Shown here in pieces: positions 26,840-32,000 of a stretch of 32,000 nt of DNA; the first letter of the stretch is position 1; every line of letters starts with the position of its first letter. Both the position numbers and the translations under genes were made by a program. Source of the stretch: Candidatus Saccharimonadota bacterium (GTDB taxonomy: Bacteria; Pseudomonadota; Alphaproteobacteria; Rickettsiales; Anaplasmataceae). The notes below the pieces were generated by a model, which made no database searches, had not been told where the DNA came from, and was given only the letters and a program-made list of their open reading frames with translations. The stretch is from the NCBI GenBank assembly GCA_029715105.1, contig CP085695.1, positions 1 to 32,000 of the forward strand, in the 5' to 3' direction.

Positions 26840-28786
26840 ATGTCAATTGTTGACAGTATAGAAGGTAAAAAGAAAATTTTGAGAGATTTGGTGACTAAAA
26901 GTATAAGAAAAGGTGGTTTTGTTACTATTGATGATATAAGTGATAAACTTTCAGATGAAAATTTTTCATCTGATTTTATAGATGATACTATATCTATATT
27001 ACAAGATTCTGGTATTAATGTTCTAGAAAGCAGCGAAGATGAAGAGGATTCCTCTTCTAATAGTGATAATAGTAAATTTGATGAGGATGATACATTAACA
27101 AATGCTACTACTACAACTTCTTTATTACAAAATGATGATCCAGTAAGAGTTTATTTACAAGATATGAGTTCTGTAAAACTTTTATCAAGGACTGACGAAA
27201 TAGAGATAGCAAAAAAAATTGAATCTGAAAAACAGAGCATGTTGCGTGCAGTAATCGAAACATCATTAGCATTGAGAGTATTAAAAATATGGCGTGATGA
27301 TTTAAGTAATGGAAGTATTTTGTTGAGGGAAATTATAGATTTAGATGCAATTTATAATTCTGATTTTAATTTAATTCACAAAGAAGACAGTGGGGAAAAT
27401 ATCGAGGATTTTGAGGATTCTTCTGGGGGTAGAGAAAATAGTGAACGCAAAGAAAATGATGAAGTAGCTAAAAAGAATAGTAATGAGCAAGAAAGTAGTG
27501 ATGAAGAAGATATAAATTCAGTTAGTTTAAATGTTTCTATTCTCGAGATGGAGAGTGACTTGTTGCCAAAAGTTTTAGTTGCATTAGATGAAATGATTGC
27601 TTTAGCAAACGAAGCGTCGATTTTAAGGAAAAAAATTTCTTATAAGTCAAGATGTGAGGATTTATATAACCAGATATGGTTAATAGCTTTACAAATTAAA
27701 TTAAGTGATATCGCTGTTACTAAAATTATACAAAAACTTTATGATATAAATAAATTTATAGTTCTCGAAGAAGCTAGTTTGATTTCTGAAGCTAAAAAGT
27801 ATGGAATCGATAGGGAAAATTTTTATAAGATATACAACGATATTTTTTTAAGATATGAATTGAAAGAGATGAATTTTTTAGAGGCAAGTAAAAATAGATC
27901 TTTTTTTACAAATGAATTAAAAACCAATTATATAAGGTTTATAAAAGGTAGTTTTAACTATATAGCCCATTCTGTGGATAGTATTAAGCAATATATACGT
28001 GAAGATGATATTTATTGGTTTAAAGAGTTGATTAAAAAGATACAAAAGCATGAACGAGAGGTTTCTGAGGCAAAACAAGAAATGATTAAAGCTAATTTAA
28101 GATTAGTTGTTTCTATTGCTAAAAAATATTCAAATAGGGGTCTTGCTTTACTTGATTTAATACAAGAAGGTAACATCGGTCTCATGAAGGCTGTAGATAA
28201 ATTTGATTATAAAAGGGGATATAAGTTTTCAACTTATGGAACTTGGTGGGTAAGGCAATCGATTACTAGAGCCATACCTGAACAGTCTAAAGTGGTTAGG
28301 ATACCAGTTCATATGGTAGAAATTATTAGTAAAATCAATAGGACATTGAGGAAATTAACTCATGAGATGGAAAGAGAACCTACGTTAGAGGAACTTAGTA
28401 TTGAGTTAGGAATGCCATTAGAAAGAATACAAAAAGTTATGAAAATAGCGAGGGATCCTGTAAGTCTTGAAGCTCCAACTGGAAAAGATGATAGTAGTAC
28501 TTTTGGAGACTGCATAGAAGATAAGCGAGTTTCAAAACCAGAAGATGCTGCAATACTTGCTGATTTACGTGGTATTACAACTAATGTTCTTGCAACCCTA
28601 ACACCGAAAGAAGAAAGAATTCTTAGAATGCGTTTTGGTCTTGGTAAGGATGGGAAAGAACATACTTTAGAAGAAGTAGGAAAAATTTTTAATGTAACAC
28701 GAGAAAGAATCAGACAGATAGAAGCAAAAGCGTTGCGTAAATTAAAGCATCCAAGTCGCGCTAGAAAACTTAGGGGATTTTTTTAA
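26840..28786 (+). CDS. rpoD: RNA polymerase primary sigma factor (sigma-70)
   Basis: 648-aa ORF with a GAGGGGG Shine-Dalgarno upstream. Region 1.2: [10 protein letters not shown]. Region 2: [62 protein letters not shown]. Region 4.2: [33 protein letters not shown]. Confidence 0.97.
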   Translation: MSIVDSIEGKKKILRDLVTKSIRKGGFVTIDDISDKLSDENFSSDFIDDTISILQDSGINVLESSEDEEDSSSNSDNSKFDEDDTLTNATTTTSLLQNDDPVRVYLQDMSSVKLLSRTDEIEIAKKIESEKQSMLRAVIETSLALRVLKIWRDDLSNGSILLREIIDLDAIYNSDFNLIHKEDSGENIEDFEDSSGGRENSERKENDEVAKKNSNEQESSDEEDINSVSLNVSILEMESDLLPKVLVALDEMIALANEASILRKKISYKSRCEDLYNQIWLIALQIKLSDIAVTKIIQKLYDINKFIVLEEASLISEAKKYGIDRENFYKIYNDIFLRYELKEMNFLEASKNRSFFTNELKTNYIRFIKGSFNYIAHSVDSIKQYIREDDIYWFKELIKKIQKHEREVSEAKQEMIKANLRLVVSIAKKYSNRGLALLDLIQEGNIGLMKAVDKFDYKRGYKFSTYGTWWVRQSITRAIPEQSKVVRIPVHMVEIISKINRTLRKLTHEMEREPTLEELSIELGMPLERIQKVMKIARDPVSLEAPTGKDDSSTFGDCIEDKRVSKPEDAAILADLRGITTNVLATLTPKEERILRMRFGLGKDGKEHTLEEVGKIFNVTRERIRQIEAKALRKLKHPSRARKLRGFF

Positions 28787-28906
28787 GAAAAAAAAGGTGA
28801 AAGTTATTTATATGTTAATTTAGAAGATAAGGGAAAGATATTAATTATAAGTAATGTAAGATAAGCGTGTTTTATTGCTTGAAATTTTAGTTTTTAATTT
28901 ATTAAG

Positions 28907-28927
28907 AAACTTTTATAAAGTTTTTTT
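28907..28927 (+). terminator. candidate rho-independent terminator downstream of rpoD
   Basis: The stem aaacttt / aaagttt (7 bp) has a tat loop and is followed directly by TTTT. It lies about 120 nt after the rpoD stop. The stem has a single G:C pair, so stability is low. Confidence 0.3.
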
Positions 28928-29614
28928 ATATATGTGTGTAATGTACACTCTACAAAAGAAAGGGTTATGTTTATTTTATTTTGATTAATTAAGTAATTTT
29001 CTTTAGAGATTATTGCAGTTTTAGATTGTTATAATTTTATGGATGTTTTTAGTTTTAAATTAATTTAAAATTTAAATTATTTTCCATATTTGATAATATA
29101 AAAATTGAGTAAAGCAAGAGAGATGATATGGAAAAATTTAATGTAGAATTTTTAATAAAATTTGTGGTGAGAGTATTTGTACATTTGAAGTGTAATTTTA
29201 GTTTTTATATTTAGGATATTGTGATGAATTGTATAGAGGTGTTTTACTCTTCTTTTCTCCCCTTGGGGAGATAGAATAAGTTTTTAAAGAAAGGGGTGAG
29301 TTTTACATGTTTAAAAGTAAGTAAGAATAATTTTAGTTGTTCTTAAAATAAGAATAGAAAATTAAAAGAAAGCCAATGTAGCGTGATTAAAAACTTTGTT
29401 AAGTATTAGTTGTTGTGATAAATGAGATTAAATTGTAATACTGTATAATTATATTTATTACTATGTAGTAAAAATAAGTTTAAAAAGCTTTTTTCATTCT
29501 ATTTTATTTAGTAGTAGTCTTTTCTTTTTAAAAAATAAAGAATGGATTATTTTAATATATTTATTCAGAAGCTGCATAAGTCTCTCCTTAAAGTGTTATA
29601 AATATGGAATATTT

Positions 29615-30511
29615 CTAATAAGAATTATAATAGTGTAATATTGCTTTGCGTATTGCTAGTCCGAATTTCACTTGTTGTAAAATAACAACATCTGTTATAT
29701 CGTCGCTTATTTCAATTCCTCTATTTATTGGACCTGGATGCATGACTATTGCATTTGGTTTTGCATATGATAGTTTTTGTGAGTCAAGTCCATATAAATA
29801 AAAGTATTCTTTTTCTGAAGGGATAAAATAGTTGTTATTCATGCGTTCTTTTTGTAGTCTCAAAAGCATGATCACATCTGCATCCTTTATACCCTCTGCT
29901 AAGGAATTATGAGTTGAGTCTGCTTCAGAAAAATATTTACAGATTAAAGTTGGTGGTGCAACTAAGCATATTTTTGCTTTAAACATTTTTAATAATTTTA
30001 TATTTGATCTTGCAACTCTACTATGCAAAATATCTCCGCATATTACAACTTTAATATTTTTCATTTGTTTTTTATAATTACTAATTATAAGATAGTCTGT
30101 AAGGGCTTGAGTTGGATGTTCGTTACTTCCATCACCTGCATTAATTAGTGAACAATTAATATATTTTGTTAATATGTTTAAAATACCACTGTTTTTTTGT
30201 CTAATTATTATGTAATCTGGATTCATTGCATTTAATGTTTTTATTGTATCTTTTAAACTTTCTCCTTTTTCAATAGAAGAAGATTTTATAGGTAAGGTTA
30301 TAACATTTGCACCAAGACTTCTTGCCGCTATTTCAAAGGACGCAAGAGTACGTGTTGAGTATTCAAAAAATAAGTTTATTACGGTTTTATTTTTTAAAAT
30401 ATGTTTATCTTCTATTTTGTTTTTTAGATACTGAATAGCTATTTTAGTTATGTTTTCAATATCACTGATCGTAAGATCCTGTACACTCAGTAGATTTTTT
30501 TTTAGATTCAT
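29615..30511 (-). CDS. pyrB: aspartate carbamoyltransferase catalytic subunit
   Basis: 298-aa ORF with STRTLASFEIAARSLGA (carbamoyl-phosphate site), HPTQALTD, HSRVARS and HPGPINRG. Confidence 0.93.
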   Translation of the reverse strand: MNLKKNLLSVQDLTISDIENITKIAIQYLKNKIEDKHILKNKTVINLFFEYSTRTLASFEIAARSLGANVITLPIKSSSIEKGESLKDTIKTLNAMNPDYIIIRQKNSGILNILTKYINCSLINAGDGSNEHPTQALTDYLIISNYKKQMKNIKVVICGDILHSRVARSNIKLLKMFKAKICLVAPPTLICKYFSEADSTHNSLAEGIKDADVIMLLRLQKERMNNNYFIPSEKEYFYLYGLDSQKLSYAKPNAIVMHPGPINRGIEISDDITDVVILQQVKFGLAIRKAILHYYNSY

Positions 30512-31367
30512 TAGTTTGTGTAATTGTAGTTAATTATTTTATCTAGTTATCATTTTTAGCAAATTTTGCATATGTTAGTTTCCTAATTTAGAGAAAATTT
30601 TCTATGAAAGAAAAGTTTTAGTAGTTTAAACTAAAAATTTTTATTTTGGTATAAAAATATTTTTATGTTTACAATTTTATTGTAGGATTTGTTGCAGAAT
30701 TTTATTCTCTTAAAATATTAAAATGTTACTTATTTGTAATACTTAATTATAATTAATTTTAATTCATTTTTCTTTATTTGTTTTATGTAACTTTGTTTAA
30801 TTTTATTAAATAATCTATTTATAAATTTATTATATAATATATTTATACAAATTTTACTGAGTACAGATGTTCAATTTTTATTGATATTGCCTCAAAATTA
30901 GATTTGATTTAATGTGTTAAGTAGTAGTAGTATATATTAATCTAAGACGTGAAAATCTAATTTTAATAAGGTTAGCTATTTTAAAAATCTTAATACTTAT
31001 TAAAAACATATCTTAAAAGATAAGAATAATGCGACAAGTTTAGAACTTCGCTATTTAGATTTAAGAATCTTTATCAAGACTTAGTTATTTTTAATTTAGT
31101 GATTTTAAAATTTAAGTATATAATATGTAATATAGTTTTATTTGTTCGAAATAAAGTATTTTGTTAAAATATGTTTTGTTTTATTTATTATATTTATTTA
31201 GCTTTAGATGTGTTCTTATTTAGAGCATTGCTTTGTATTTTAGAACCAAAAATTTAGTTGATGTATAGTTGTTTATTTGTTATGAATTTAATTAACCGTG
31301 TTAAATTTTGGAAATTAGTTTATAAAGAGTTTGTTTTCAACTTTTATAAAAGTAAGTAGTTAGATTT

Positions 31368-32000
31368 ATGTTACAAAGAGGTTGTTTGACATGGTTATTA
31401 GCGTCTTTGTTTTATACATATCAGTATATATTACGTGTAATTCCAAATATAATCGCACCTGAGCTGATAGCGAAATTTAAAATAAATATTACAGATGTTG
31501 GTCAATTTTGCGGCTTATATTATGTGGGTTATACTATTGCTCATATACCTATCGGTCTTTTTCTTGATAGATTCGGTCCGAAATTTGTTCTACCTATATG
31601 TATTGTTTTAACATTTATTGGAATGTTACCACTTGTATATTTAAATGAATGGTATTATTCAGTGCTTGGTAGAATAATTGTTGGAATTGGATCATCTGCC
31701 TCAGCGATTGGAATTTTTAAGATTGCAAATATATACTTTTCTCAAGAAAAATCCACAAGGATAGCTAGTTTATCTATAATAATAGGACTATTGGGGGCTG
31801 TTTATGGTGGATTACCTTTAAATTTTTTATTATCTAAGTTTAGTTGGTACAATGTTATTCGTACCTTTTCAGCGTTTGGTTGTTTTCTTGCTTTAATGTT
31901 ATTTTTAGTAACACCAAGTAATAATATACAAGAGACTATGAGTAGTAATATATTTCAGGATCTGAGATCTGTATTTTTTAATAGATATATTATTTTGATA
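31368..32000 (+). CDS. major facilitator superfamily transporter (5' partial, continues past window end)
   Basis: Not in the ORF track because it has no stop in the window. My own translation from ATG 31368 (in-frame stop upstream at 31353) gives 211 codons that stay open to position 32000: MLQRGCLTWLLASLFYTYQYILRVIPNIIAPELIAKF...GLYYVGYTIAHIPIGLFLDRFGPKFVL...GRIIVGIGSSAS. It has multiple TM segments and the MFS loop motif G-x-x-x-D-R-x-G-P-K. Confidence 0.75.
   Translation, partial: MLQRGCLTWLLASLFYTYQYILRVIPNIIAPELIAKFKINITDVGQFCGLYYVGYTIAHIPIGLFLDRFGPKFVLPICIVLTFIGMLPLVYLNEWYYSVLGRIIVGIGSSASAIGIFKIANIYFSQEKSTRIASLSIIIGLLGAVYGGLPLNFLLSKFSWYNVIRTFSAFGCFLALMLFLVTPSNNIQETMSSNIFQDLRSVFFNRYIILI

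Noticed and set aside
1-32000. CRISPR arrays, IS or transposase genes, integrases, phage genes, restriction-modification systems and other defence cassettes.
   Set aside because: No regularly spaced direct repeats exist, and no ORF has a nuclease, transposase, integrase or ATPase-defence signature. Every ORF over 85 aa is accounted for by a housekeeping function.

Overview
Very AT-rich chromosomal window from a reduced alphaproteobacterial genome. By inference it looks most like Anaplasmataceae/Ehrlichia: the housekeeping proteins are alphaproteobacterial in type, the de novo purine genes purM/purC/purQ/purE are retained, and there are kb-scale ORF-free spacers. Species cannot be determined without a database search. 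I support 29 protein-coding genes, all core functions: purM, purC, trmD, rplS, pstA, purQ, trpS, grpE, ispB, rpsP, ubiX, folD, a CE4 polysaccharide deacetylase, a 2-Cys peroxiredoxin, trxB, lpdA, a BamB-like propeller, gyrB, purE, a small XRE-type HTH protein, rpoZ, a five-gene partial Mrp antiporter cluster, rpoD, pyrB and a 5' partial MFS transporter that is missing from the ORF track because it runs off the window end. I found no rRNA, tRNA, CRISPR array, IS element, prophage or recognisable defence or toxin system, and no convincing novel multi-gene system. Three aspects are unusual. First, about 28% of the window is noncoding, and intergenic distances are bimodal: genes are either translationally coupled or separated by 0.4-2.2 kb of stop-dense G+T-rich DNA. 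Second, the first spacer holds a perfect 28-bp inverted repeat (443-509) built from 11-bp-phased TGTTAA hexamers, which reads as five overlapping CtrA boxes (TTAA-N7-TTAAC). This is my best candidate for an undescribed regulatory or origin-associated element. Third, several genes are in odd contexts: a CE4 deacetylase with intact motifs in a lineage that probably lacks peptidoglycan, an orphan antitoxin-like HTH gene, an Mrp cluster lacking its A/D/E subunits, and a broken rpsP-trmD-rplS operon. Promoter and terminator calls are weak in DNA this AT-rich and are scored accordingly.
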